A stretch of DNA of 64,000 nt from Pseudomonadota bacterium (GTDB lineage: Bacteria; Pseudomonadota; Gammaproteobacteria; JAKAQQ01), in the NCBI GenBank assembly GCA_021798115.1, contig JAJZYM010000002.1, positions 14,872-78,871 of the forward strand. Reading direction: 5' to 3'. Both the position numbers and the translations under genes were made by a program. Under the pieces are notes generated by a model. It was not told the DNA's origin and did not search any database. It saw nothing but the letters and a program-made list of their open reading frames with translations. Positions 53,243-62,885 of this stretch are shown piece by piece (positions within the stretch are counted from its first letter, which is position 1; each line of letters starts with the position of its first letter).

Positions 53243-55216
53243 ATGAAACGGACTCTGTTGCTCCTGGTCGTGCTGTCGGTCGTGCCGACCGTGGCACGCG
53301 CGACGACGGCGACCGCGACACGGAAGGCCGCGTGGCGGGTGGCGCAGGCCGCGTACAGGCACGGGGACTATCGGGAAGCCTTTGCGGACTTTCGACGCCT
53401 GGCGGTACGGGGCTACGCACCCGCCGAGGTCAAGGTGGGTCTGCTCTACAAAGTCGGTCGAGGTGTGACGCGGAGCAATGCGAAAGCTTTTGAGTGGATT
53501 CACCGTGCCGCGCTACAGAACTATGCCCCCGCCGAGGTCATCATAAGCCTGATGTACCAAGCGGGCATCGGTGTGAGAGCGAGTGACGCGCAAGCTCTGA
53601 AGTGGCTTCGCCGCTCCGCGGTGCAGGGCTATCCGGGCGGTGAGGACTTGCTGGGGGTCATGTATCTAAGAGGCCTCGGTGTGCCGCGGAGCTATGCGAA
53701 AGCGCTGAAGTGGCTTCGCCGCTCCGCGAGACAACAGCACTATAAAAAATTCGCCGAGGTCTTCGCCAAGGTCTTCGCGGAGGTATTAGGCCAAATGTAT
53801 GTGTTGGCCCAGGGTACGCCCCGGAACCTTGTCAAATCTTACAAGTGGTATCTGATCGCCGAGCGTTCAGAGCCTGCGACAAGCCTTCGCCGTGGGGAGG
53901 TGTCAAAAACTCTCAAGCTTCTTGCCGCCAGGATGAGTCCGGCACAGCTTGCGCAAGCGCGGCGGGAAGCGTCCGCCTGGCTTGCAGGGCACGCAAAGAA
54001 GGGAACGTCGAAGAAGTGGTATCGCCGTGCCGCGGTCCAGGGCGCTGCGCATGCCGAGGCCACGCTGGGCCTCATGTACCGAAGGGGCCAGGGCGTGCCG
54101 CGGAGCGAGACGAAAGCCTTGACGCGGTATCGTCGTGCCGCGGCGCAGGGCGTTGCGCTCGCCGAGGGCAAGCTGGGACTCATGTACTGGAGGGGCCAGG
54201 GCGTGCCGCGGAGCTACACGAAAGCCGTGAAGTGGTATCGCCGTGCCGCGGTACAGGGGCTTGCTGTCGCACAAGTCCTCCTGGGTCTGATGTACGAAGA
54301 GGGGCAGGGTGTGCCGCGGAGCTACACGAAAGCCGTGAAGTGGTATCGCCGTGCTGCGGCACAGGGGCTCGCTGTCGCAGAGCACCTCTTAAGCGTGATG
54401 TACCAAAACGGTCTGGGCGTGCCGCGGAACGACGCGAAGGCTCTGAAGTGGCTTCGTCGTGCCGCGAGACAACACGACGCACTCGCTGAGGTCGAACTGG
54501 CCTCGATGTACGCAGGTGGCCATGGAGTACCGCGGAGCGACGCGAAGGCCGTGAAGTGGTATCGTCGTGCCGCGGTACAGGGCGATGCGTCCGCCGAGGC
54601 CACGCTGGGTAGCATGTACTGGAGGGGCGTAGGTGTGACGCGGAGCGACGCGAAAGCCTTGACGTGGTATCGCCGTGCCGCAGCACAGGGCTATGCGTCC
54701 GCCGAGGGCATGCTGGGTGGCATGTACTGGAGGGGTGTGGGTGTGACGCGGAACTTCGCAAAAGCGCTGAAGTGGCTTCGCCGTGCCGTGGCGCAGGGCG
54801 ACCCTGCCGCGGAGGTTGGCTTGGGTGCGCTGTACGAGGATGGCCAAGGCGTGTCTCGGAACGTCGTCGCGGCTTGCAAGTGGTATTTGATTGCCAAGCA
54901 CTCGATGCCTGTGACAAATCGGGTCTATCCCTTGGCGTCAGACCTCCTCAAGCAGATTGTTGCCGCCATGACTCCTGCACAAGTTGCGCAAGCACGGCGA
55001 GAAGCGTCCGCCTGGCTCGCGGCGCACGCAATGTCTGGACGGTCGAAGCAATGCTCGACCGGGACGGAGCCTGTCGGCCCGAGCTCGGCATCAAAGCCGT
55101 CGGAGACCCTGGCCTTCGTCTGCCGTGGGGAAGAGAGGGTCCGGAGAAACGATCGGACTCGCCCGAGACCATCTCCGGGGAGACGGAAGCCCGACCGACG
55201 AGACTTTCCATTCTGA
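53243..55216 (+). CDS. Secreted Sel1-like repeat protein (two fused modules)
   Basis: Signal peptide, about 13 repeats of LG.MY..G.GV.R...KA.KW.RRAA.QG; C-terminal cap present twice. Confidence 0.9.
   Translation: MKRTLLLLVVLSVVPTVARATTATATRKAAWRVAQAAYRHGDYREAFADFRRLAVRGYAPAEVKVGLLYKVGRGVTRSNAKAFEWIHRAALQNYAPAEVIISLMYQAGIGVRASDAQALKWLRRSAVQGYPGGEDLLGVMYLRGLGVPRSYAKALKWLRRSARQQHYKKFAEVFAKVFAEVLGQMYVLAQGTPRNLVKSYKWYLIAERSEPATSLRRGEVSKTLKLLAARMSPAQLAQARREASAWLAGHAKKGTSKKWYRRAAVQGAAHAEATLGLMYRRGQGVPRSETKALTRYRRAAAQGVALAEGKLGLMYWRGQGVPRSYTKAVKWYRRAAVQGLAVAQVLLGLMYEEGQGVPRSYTKAVKWYRRAAAQGLAVAEHLLSVMYQNGLGVPRNDAKALKWLRRAARQHDALAEVELASMYAGGHGVPRSDAKAVKWYRRAAVQGDASAEATLGSMYWRGVGVTRSDAKALTWYRRAAAQGYASAEGMLGGMYWRGVGVTRNFAKALKWLRRAVAQGDPAAEVGLGALYEDGQGVSRNVVAACKWYLIAKHSMPVTNRVYPLASDLLKQIVAAMTPAQVAQARREASAWLAAHAMSGRSKQCSTGTEPVGPSSASKPSETLAFVCRGEERVRRNDRTRPRPSPGRRKPDRRDFPF
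54015..54860 (+). repeat. 108-bp tandem Sel1 coding repeats
   Basis: AAGTGGTATCGCCGTGC-like unit recurs every 108 nt (36 aa). Confidence 0.85.
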
Positions 55217-55467
55217 GATCGCCTGCCAGTCCGAGTTTCCGACCGAAAGGGCATAGGGCAAGTAGCGACCGTTCGGGGAGGGACGAAATTGGCTAGGGCG
55301 ATGGTTCCATTGGGCGAGAGGATGTTGGGGCTCAGGACGACGAAGGATTTTGGGTTGCCGATGCCCTTTCCATGACCACCGACTGGTTCTCGAGCCTGTT
55401 GTTTTTGGTATAGAAGATTCGCCCGCCTTCGACGTGCACGGCCTCGCGGGTGTGGTTCCACAGTCGG
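55217..55467 (-). pseudogene. Diverged duplicate fragment of the prolyl oligopeptidase gene
   Basis: Direct repeat of about 52496-52750 (NILSPNGTIALANFVP region) with substitutions and small deletions. Confidence 0.85.
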
Positions 55468-55492
55468 ATAGGGATGAGGTCCTCGGCTACGT

Positions 55493-56438
55493 GAGGCGGA
55501 ATCAACCGAAGCTACACACCGCGGTTGTAGACCCACGTCACCATCGCCTGGCCGCAGAACTCCTTGCCGTTGTCGGTGCGGATGACCTGTGGCAGGCCGC
55601 GCGAGAGCGCCAAACGGTCGAGTACGCGTGTCACGCCAAAGCCGGAGATCGCGCGCTCGACTTCGATCGCGACGGCTTCGTGGGTCGCGTCGTCGACGAT
55701 CGTCAGACACTTGATGACGCGACCCTCGGCGGGGCGGTCGAACACGAAGTCCATCGACCACACTAGGTTGGCCGCACTCGGCCGCACCAGCGGTTGGCGC
55801 TCAGCCGCCAATACCCTCTTGCGCTTGCGACGCCGCCCCTGCAGCTTGGCTCCCGGGTAGATCCGTTCGATGCGTTTGTCGTTCACAAGCAAACCCTCCT
55901 GGCGCAGCTTCAGGTAGATCATCCCGACGCCGGTGCGCCGGTGCCGCGGACAAGCACCACGATGCGCTCGCGCAGCGCGACATTGCGATCGGGCCGAGGC
56001 ACGTCACGGAATGCGCTGGCGCTCATCCGTACGACCGCCAACGCCCGCCGTTCGCTCAGTCCCTCTCCGACCAAGTAGCGCACCTGCTCCCGCCGGGCCG
56101 GTGCGCCCACCATTTCTTTCGGAGAACATCCTTGATCACCTCGTTCTCCAGCATCTGCTCGGCCAACAGCTTCTTCAGCCGGGCGTTCTCGGTCTCCAGC
56201 GCCTTCAGGCGTTTGGCATCCGGCACGCTCATCCTACCGAACTTGCTGCGCCACAGGTTGTACGAGGCCTCGCTGAAGCCGTGCCGACGACACAACTCCT
56301 TCACCGACACGCCAGCTTCCGCCTCACACAGGGAGCCGATGATCTGCTCTTCGGTAAACCGCTTCTTCACGTCCAATCTCCTTGTCAGTGGGGATTGGAC
56401 TCCAGATCGTCGTGCTACTCAAATCCGGGGGGACGTCG
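55493..56438 (-). mobile_element. Truncated IS3-family element (IS407-like)
   Basis: OrfA KKRFTEEQII...KRLKALETENARLKKLLAE; frameshifted OrfB with WSMDF and IRTDNGKEF; left end near 56438; right part missing. Confidence 0.88.
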
Positions 56439-56664
56439 GCTAATCGACCATCACGCCGTGCAGCAGGTAGGGATATTTCGGGTGCTGCTGAGAGCCAGAG
56501 TCATACCTCGCTCGGGATTGGCATGCGTGACCAATCTGTTGGTGCCGGATCCCCTCGATCTACGGGGTGAAGCCGGTGGCCTGGGCACCGGCGTCGCCTA
56601 CGACTCTCACGAGTGTCGGGACGGGGAACCCTCGACGGGTGGGGTGGGTCGTGAGGCGACCGAA

Positions 56665-59610
56665 TCAGGATGGTGGGGAGGGTGTCTCGCGCCCGGCGAG
56701 AGCCGCGATCCGTTCTTCGAGCCGGGCGAGTGCACGTGCTTCTTCGGCGCAGCGTTCTTCTTCCCGCGCGATGACCTCGCGTGGCGCGCGGGTGCGGAAG
56801 GCAGCGTTCGCAAGTCGGCTTCGGCAAGTTTCGAGACGGTTCCGGGTCCGCTCCACGTCATTTTTGAGACGCGCCAGCTCTTCGTCCGCATTTGCGGCAG
56901 GAGCGGCGAGGAAATAACATTCGACGTCGCTCGTGGTCTCCGCCGGCCGTGCGCCCGTGGGTGCCGCCTCGCCGGGTTCGAGCCTCCGGAGAGAATCAAG
57001 ATGGGCGAGCCCGCGCACCACGAGGGCGTGGCGTACGAGACGCGAGGCCGCCTCCTCCTCGGTGGTGCGGTAGGCGAGAGGGACGCGCTGCCCCGCGGGG
57101 ATGCCGAGCGCGATCCGGCTTCGCCGAAGGGACTCGACGATGCCGATCGTCCAGCGCGTGTCTTCCGCCTGGGTGGCGTCCCAGGGCCCGAGTTCCTCTG
57201 AACGCGGGTACGGGGCCACCGCGATGCTCGGGGGCGGATTATCGAGCCGTGGCCGCAACGTCTGCCAGAGTTCCTCGGTCACGAAGGGAATGAGCGGATG
57301 GAGGAGGCGCAGGGTGGCTTCGTAGGTGACGAGAAGATTGCGCCGGATTGCCGCCCGCCGACCGGGACCCGCGTCGGGATCGCGCAATCCGATCTTGGCG
57401 AGCTCGACGTACCAGTCGCAGAACTCCCCCCAGACGAATTCGTGGCAGCGTTGGGCGAGGAGATCGAAGCGGTAGGCGGCGAAGTGACGGTGGGCCTCGT
57501 CGATCGTGGCCGCCAGACGGGCACGGATCCAGTGTTCGCCCGCACCGTCGTCCGCCCCCGCGAGGGGGGCCGACTCGTCGCCGGCCGTCTCGAGTTGAAG
57601 CAACACGAAACGGCCGGCGTTCCAGAGTTTCGTGCAGAAACTCCGGTACCCGCCCACCCGACCGAGATCGAAGCGGACGTCCCGCCCAGGAGCCGCGAGG
57701 GCGGCGAAAGTGAAGCGGACGGCGTCGGTCCCGTAACCCGGAATGCCGTTCGGAAACTCGCCGCGTGTCCGTGCGGCGATCTCCTCCCGGCGCTCGGGTT
57801 GCAGGAGACCACTCGTGCGCTTGGCAACCAGGGGTTCAAGCTCGATGCCGTCGACGAGGTCGAGAGGATCAAGCACGTTGCCCTTGGATTTCGACATCTT
57901 CTGTCCTTCCGAGTCGCGTACGAGGGCGTGGATGTAGACGTCCCGAAATGGCACCCGTCCGAGGAAATGAACGCCCATCATAGCCATCCGGGCCACCCAG
58001 AAGAAGATGATGTCGAACCCCGTCACCAGGACGTCGCCGGGGTAGAAGGTCTTGAGATCGTCGGTCTTGTCCGGCCATCCGAGGGTCGAGAACGGCCAGA
58101 GGGATGAGGAGAACCACGTGTCGAGAACGTCCTCGTCCTGCTCGAGCGCCGCCGGGTCGACCCCCGGGTAGCGGCGGAGGAGGTCCCCTTCGTCGCGGGC
58201 GACGTAGATCCGGCCGTCCTTCCCGTACCAGACCGGAAGGCGATGCCCCCACCAGAGCTGGCGGCTGATGCACCAGTCTTCGATCCGTTCGAGCCACTGA
58301 TCGTAGGTCTTGCGCCAGGCCTCGGGAACGAAGTTCGGGCCTGCAGCGTGCTCGCCCTCGAGGAGCGGTCGGGCCAAGGGGGCCGTGCGCACGAACCACT
58401 GGACCGTGAGGTAGGGCTCGAGGAGGGCGCCCGAGCGGTCCCCACGCGGGAGGCTCATGCGGTGGGGTTCGCGCCGTTCGAGAAGGCCCGCGCTGGTGAG
58501 GTCCGCGAGGATGCGCTGACGTGCCTCCTCCCGGGAAAGACCGACGTACGTGCGCGGGACGAGTCTTCCCGCGGCTGCCAGGCGGCGGACCTCGTGATCT
58601 TCGGGGGCTTGGAAGAGAAGCGCCGCGTCGCCCCGCGGAGCCTCGAGATCGCGGGTGGGATCCTGCACGCGGGCGTGGTCGTCAAAGATGCGAAAGATCG
58701 GGAGTTTCGCCTCTGCCGCGTGCCTCTTCCACACCTCAAAATCGTGGGGGTCGTGGGCCGGTGTGATCTTGACGATCCCCGTTCCGAAGGCGGGGTCGAC
58801 CATCGGGTCGGCGAGAACGGGAATGGTCCGCTCCGTGAGCGGGAGCCGCACCTGCGCTCCGATCCAGGAGCGGTATCGGGCGTCGTCGGGATGAACGGCG
58901 AGGGCGACGTCGCCGAGGAGCGTCTCGGGGCGGGTCGTGGCGACGCTGAGATGCGTTCGTCCGTCGCGCGCCTCGACGAGCGGATAGCGGAGAACGTAGA
59001 GTTCGCCCGGGACGTTCTCCTCGGTCTGTACTTCGAGGTCCGAAAGCGCCGTGAGCAGCACCGGATCCCAGTTGACGAGCCGCGGCCCGCGGTAGACGAG
59101 GCCCTCGTCGTAGAGGCGGACGAAGGCCTCGCGGACCGCCCGCGAGAGCCCTTCGTCCATCGTGAAACGCGAGCGGGACCAGTCGGCCGAGGCCCCGAGA
59201 CGCTTCATCTGGTTGACGATCGTCGCACCGGACTGTTCTTTCCAACGCCACACACGCTCGAGGAAGGCCTCGCGTCCGAGACGCATGCGTTCGAGCCCCT
59301 CGCGCGCGAGTTCGCGCTCGACGACGATCTGGGTCGCGATGCCGGCGTGGTCCACACCGGGCTGCCAGAGCACCCGACGCCCGAGCATGCGGTGGTAGCG
59401 GACGAGGGCGTCCATCAGGGTGTCCTGGAAGGCGTGGCCCATGTGGAGCGTGCCCGTCACGTTGGGCGGAGGCAGCATGATGCAGTAAGGTGGCCCGCCG
59501 CCCGTCGGACGGAAGAGATCCTGCTCCTCCCAGAAACGTGCGATCCGGCCTTCCACCTTGCCCGGGTCGAAGGTTTTGTCAAGAGAGGGAAGAGGTGGGG
59601 CGTCGGACAT
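56665..59610 (-). CDS. valS: Valine--tRNA ligase
   Basis: PPPNVTGTLHMGH, DWCISRQLWWGH, DVLDTWFSS, KMSKS; ATG at 59610. Confidence 0.97.
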   Translation of the reverse strand: MSDAPPLPSLDKTFDPGKVEGRIARFWEEQDLFRPTGGGPPYCIMLPPPNVTGTLHMGHAFQDTLMDALVRYHRMLGRRVLWQPGVDHAGIATQIVVERELAREGLERMRLGREAFLERVWRWKEQSGATIVNQMKRLGASADWSRSRFTMDEGLSRAVREAFVRLYDEGLVYRGPRLVNWDPVLLTALSDLEVQTEENVPGELYVLRYPLVEARDGRTHLSVATTRPETLLGDVALAVHPDDARYRSWIGAQVRLPLTERTIPVLADPMVDPAFGTGIVKITPAHDPHDFEVWKRHAAEAKLPIFRIFDDHARVQDPTRDLEAPRGDAALLFQAPEDHEVRRLAAAGRLVPRTYVGLSREEARQRILADLTSAGLLERREPHRMSLPRGDRSGALLEPYLTVQWFVRTAPLARPLLEGEHAAGPNFVPEAWRKTYDQWLERIEDWCISRQLWWGHRLPVWYGKDGRIYVARDEGDLLRRYPGVDPAALEQDEDVLDTWFSSSLWPFSTLGWPDKTDDLKTFYPGDVLVTGFDIIFFWVARMAMMGVHFLGRVPFRDVYIHALVRDSEGQKMSKSKGNVLDPLDLVDGIELEPLVAKRTSGLLQPERREEIAARTRGEFPNGIPGYGTDAVRFTFAALAAPGRDVRFDLGRVGGYRSFCTKLWNAGRFVLLQLETAGDESAPLAGADDGAGEHWIRARLAATIDEAHRHFAAYRFDLLAQRCHEFVWGEFCDWYVELAKIGLRDPDAGPGRRAAIRRNLLVTYEATLRLLHPLIPFVTEELWQTLRPRLDNPPPSIAVAPYPRSEELGPWDATQAEDTRWTIGIVESLRRSRIALGIPAGQRVPLAYRTTEEEAASRLVRHALVVRGLAHLDSLRRLEPGEAAPTGARPAETTSDVECYFLAAPAANADEELARLKNDVERTRNRLETCRSRLANAAFRTRAPREVIAREEERCAEEARALARLEERIAALAGRETPSPPS

Positions 59611-59678
59611 CGGTGGGGGGCTTGAGCGTCGGCGAGCGGACTCTGCGCGATCCGGCAGGGCCGTCGAAAAAATGGTTC

Positions 59679-60140
59679 TCAGATCCTTTGGCTCTTGGGG
59701 ACGTTGGGCGTGGACATGATCCGGTGCGTTTCGACCTCCCAGCCTGCCGCGTTGTAGGCGACGAGCCGAGCCTGCAGAAGATCTGAATCCTCGTCCTCGT
59801 CGGCGTGAACCTCGGCGATCTTGACGGCCTGAGGCGGCGGGTTCACCCGGGGCGAGTGGGGGAGGACGTGCGTGACCGCCGTGTAATGGGCGGGCAGTGT
59901 GCCGTGCAGGGGGGCGATGACGAGACGGTTCCAGAGATCGTCGTCCGTCCCGTGGGGGACGAACGACCCGTCGCGGTAGGTCCAAAGATAGGCGTCGAGC
60001 TGGCGGACGAGTGTTTCGTCCTCGATGTCGATCCACATCCGGAGGTTCTGTTCGAGGGCTTTTTCGCCGAGACGCGCCAGGAACGGGACCAGCACGTCGG
60101 GGTCGGATCGGCTGAGAAAGTAGAGCTTGAGGACTTTCAT
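59679..60140 (-). CDS. holC: DNA polymerase III chi subunit
   Basis: LDAYLWTYRDGSFVPH, ARL..Y...G; between pepA and valS. Confidence 0.85.
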   Translation of the reverse strand: MKVLKLYFLSRSDPDVLVPFLARLGEKALEQNLRMWIDIEDETLVRQLDAYLWTYRDGSFVPHGTDDDLWNRLVIAPLHGTLPAHYTAVTHVLPHSPRVNPPPQAVKIAEVHADEDEDSDLLQARLVAYNAAGWEVETHRIMSTPNVPKSQRI

Positions 60141-61669
60141 GAACGCCCGCCTCTCGCCCGATCGAGGAGGTACTGAACGAAGAGCGGTACGGGCCGGCCG
60201 GTCGAGCCCTTGGCCGCTCCGCTCTTCCACGCCGTTCCCGCGATGTCGAGATGCGCCCAGGTGAGCTCGCGGGTGAAGCGGCCGAGGAAGCAGGCGGCGG
60301 TGATGGCCCCACCGTCGCGTGTTCCAATGTTGGCGAAGTCGGCAAAGTTGCTCTTGAGCTCGTCCTGATAGTCGTCCCAGAGCGGAAGACGCCAGACGCG
60401 GTCGAGACTCCGGGCGGAGGCTGCCTCGAGGTCGCGCACGAGTGCCTCGTCATTGCTGAAGAGACCGCTCGGATGGTGCCCGAGCGCAACCACGCAGGCG
60501 CCGGTCAGGGTGGCCGCGTCGATCACCGTCCGGGGGCGGTAGGTGCGGGCGACGTAGCTCAAGGCGTCGCAAAGGATGAGGCGCCCCTCGGCGTCCGTGT
60601 TGAGGACCTCGACGGTTTGCCCCGAGTGGGTCGTGAGGATATCGCCCGGCTTGACCGCTGCTCCGCCGGGAAGATTCTCGCAGGCGGGGACGACGCCCAC
60701 CGCGTGAATCGGCAGGCCGAGTTTCTTCAGGGCGACGAACGTCCCGAGAACCGCCCCGGCTCCAGACATGTCGAACTTCATCTCGTCCATGTTGGCGGCG
60801 GGCTTGAGGGAAATGCCGCCGGCGTCGAAGGTGATGCCTTTGCCGACAAGGACGTAGGGCGCCGAGGGTGCTCCTTTCTCGCCGCGGTAGTCGAGAAGGA
60901 TGAGGCGGGGGGGTTCGCGGCTGCCCTGTGCCACCCCGAGGAGGGCTCCCATCCCCAGACGGCGCATGTCTTTCTCGTCCAGCACCTTGACCGTGAGGCG
61001 CCGCTCGCCGCGGGCGATCAGGCGGGCGCGCTCGGCCAGATAGCGTGGGGTGGCGATGTTCGGAGGAAGATTGCCGAGGTCCTTGGCGAAAGCGCTTCCT
61101 TCCGCCACCGCTTCGCCGATTCGCATGGCTTCCGCGGCTTCGGCCTTGGCGCGGCCCGGAGGGGCCGGGAAGAGAATTCGGCGGAGGCTTGCTCGCGTCG
61201 GCTCCTCGCCTTTCTGGCCTTTGCCCTTGCAGAGATCGAACGTATAGAACGCCTCGTGGCTGGCCTCGACGGCGTAGCGGTAGGCGAGAGGAGAGGACCC
61301 CGGGGTGAGGAGGGGCAGGGTGTTGATCGCCGTCGCGAGCCCCGGCAGAGCCTTGAGGGCTTTGAGGCCTCCAAGCGTCGCGTCGCGCAGGCGCCGCTCG
61401 TCGATCTCGCTCTTCGGCCCGAGACCCACGACGATCGTGACCGGGGCCCGCACCCCCGGGAGATCGGTGAGGACGAGCGTTCTGCCGCGCTCTCCGGAAA
61501 AACCGAGACGGGCTAGGCGCTTGGCGAGGACCCCTTTGGTGGCCCGATCGAGAAGCTGGGTCGGCGCCGGTTGCGGGCTCGCCGTGTAGACGCCGAGCAG
61601 AATCGCGTCGGCGTTTTCCTCCGCCAAGGATCCGCTGAAGAAACGAAACTGAAGGGTGTGCTGGGGCAT
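60137..61669 (-). CDS. pepA: Leucyl aminopeptidase
   Basis: VGKGITFDAGG, MKFDMSG, NTDAEGRL, WAHLDIAGT. Confidence 0.96.
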   Translation of the reverse strand: MPQHTLQFRFFSGSLAEENADAILLGVYTASPQPAPTQLLDRATKGVLAKRLARLGFSGERGRTLVLTDLPGVRAPVTIVVGLGPKSEIDERRLRDATLGGLKALKALPGLATAINTLPLLTPGSSPLAYRYAVEASHEAFYTFDLCKGKGQKGEEPTRASLRRILFPAPPGRAKAEAAEAMRIGEAVAEGSAFAKDLGNLPPNIATPRYLAERARLIARGERRLTVKVLDEKDMRRLGMGALLGVAQGSREPPRLILLDYRGEKGAPSAPYVLVGKGITFDAGGISLKPAANMDEMKFDMSGAGAVLGTFVALKKLGLPIHAVGVVPACENLPGGAAVKPGDILTTHSGQTVEVLNTDAEGRLILCDALSYVARTYRPRTVIDAATLTGACVVALGHHPSGLFSNDEALVRDLEAASARSLDRVWRLPLWDDYQDELKSNFADFANIGTRDGGAITAACFLGRFTRELTWAHLDIAGTAWKSGAAKGSTGRPVPLFVQYLLDRARGGRS

Positions 61670-61790
61670 GGGTCGGCTCCCGATCGGCGGCAGGGGTAAC
61701 GAGGCTGGGACCGGCACGCGAAGACGACCGCCCCATCGCTTATCTTAATACGTCGTCCGCCGCACGTTCTCGACGTCCCGCAACCGCCCC

Positions 61791-62885
61791 GTGGTTCTTC
61801 GCCGTAGCCTCACACGCGAACTCTGGTTGACCGTCGCCGCGACGATCCTGGCGCTCTTCTTGATCGTGCTCTCTTCGCGCTTCACCCATTACCTCGCGGA
61901 AGCCGCCGCGGGACGGTTGCCCGGCGACGTCGTCTTTGTGCTCATGGGGCTCAGCACGTTGGCCTACGGGACAGTGCTCCTCCCGGTCGGGGGGTTCATC
62001 GGCATGATGATCGTTTTTGCCCGCCTCTGGCGCGACAACGAAATGATCGCGATCGCCACGAGCGGACTCTCACCGCTCGGGATTCTCCGTCTTGTGGCCC
62101 GTCCGGTTGCGGTCCTCGTGATCCTCACGGCGCTTCTCACACTCTTCCTCGCGCCGTGGGCGCTCCGGACCGCGGTGGGCGTGCGGCGCGAGGCGGCCAC
62201 ACAAGTCCGCCGGACCCTGTTCCGCGAGGGCCGGTTTCACGAGCTCACGTACGAACACACGACGCTCTACGCTCGGCGCGTGAGCCCCGGAGGACATCGG
62301 TTGCGCGCGATTTTCGTCGCCCAGGACGTGAACGGCCGGCCGGTGATCGTGACGGCCCGACAGGGGCGCTTCCGCCGCACGCCCTCCGGCGTTCAGGAGC
62401 TCGTCCTCAAGAACGGCTACCGGACGGTCGGCGTCCCCGGTCGGGCCGTCTACGAGAGGCTCCGCTTCACCCGCTACGTGGCCGATCTCCACGGGCTTCA
62501 TTTCGCGGCGACCCCGCAGGGGTCCCTCCCGCGCGACGCGCTTCCCCTCAAGGCGCTACTCAAGCAACCGGGTCCTGCCGATTGGGCTCAGTTCGAGTGG
62601 CGTCTGAGCCCCCCCGTCATGCTGCTGATCTTTGTGTTCCTCGCTCTCCCGTTGGCGCAGACCTCCGTGCGCTCGAGCCGCTTCACACGGCCGTTTTTGG
62701 CCGTCCTCGTCTATCTCCTCTACGCCAATCTTCTCGGCGCCGCCAAAGTTTGGGTCCGCAATGGACAGCTGAGCCCCTTCATCGGTCTTTGGTGGGTCCA
62801 TCTCCTCTTCGCCTCAGCCGCGGTGCTGTTCTTCCTTGGGCTTTACGGGCGCCATCCGCTGCGCCTCAAACGAGGGGCCCGATGA
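61791..62885 (+). CDS. lptF: LPS export ABC permease LptF
   Basis: YLAEAAAG, RLWRDNEM, QFEWRL, GLWWVH; divergent from pepA. Confidence 0.93.
   Translation: MVLRRSLTRELWLTVAATILALFLIVLSSRFTHYLAEAAAGRLPGDVVFVLMGLSTLAYGTVLLPVGGFIGMMIVFARLWRDNEMIAIATSGLSPLGILRLVARPVAVLVILTALLTLFLAPWALRTAVGVRREAATQVRRTLFREGRFHELTYEHTTLYARRVSPGGHRLRAIFVAQDVNGRPVIVTARQGRFRRTPSGVQELVLKNGYRTVGVPGRAVYERLRFTRYVADLHGLHFAATPQGSLPRDALPLKALLKQPGPADWAQFEWRLSPPVMLLIFVFLALPLAQTSVRSSRFTRPFLAVLVYLLYANLLGAAKVWVRNGQLSPFIGLWWVHLLFASAAVLFFLGLYGRHPLRLKRGAR

Noticed and set aside
54015..54860. CRISPR-like periodic repeats
   Set aside because: These are 108-bp in-frame Sel1 coding repeats without unique spacers; no cas genes
52496..55467. 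Diversity-generating retroelement template/variable repeat pair
   Set aside because: Mismatches are not adenine-specific, indels are present, and there is no reverse transcriptase in the window
58540..58700. Insertion in ValS
   Set aside because: An insert at this position is a known feature of many proteobacterial ValRS; no intein motifs
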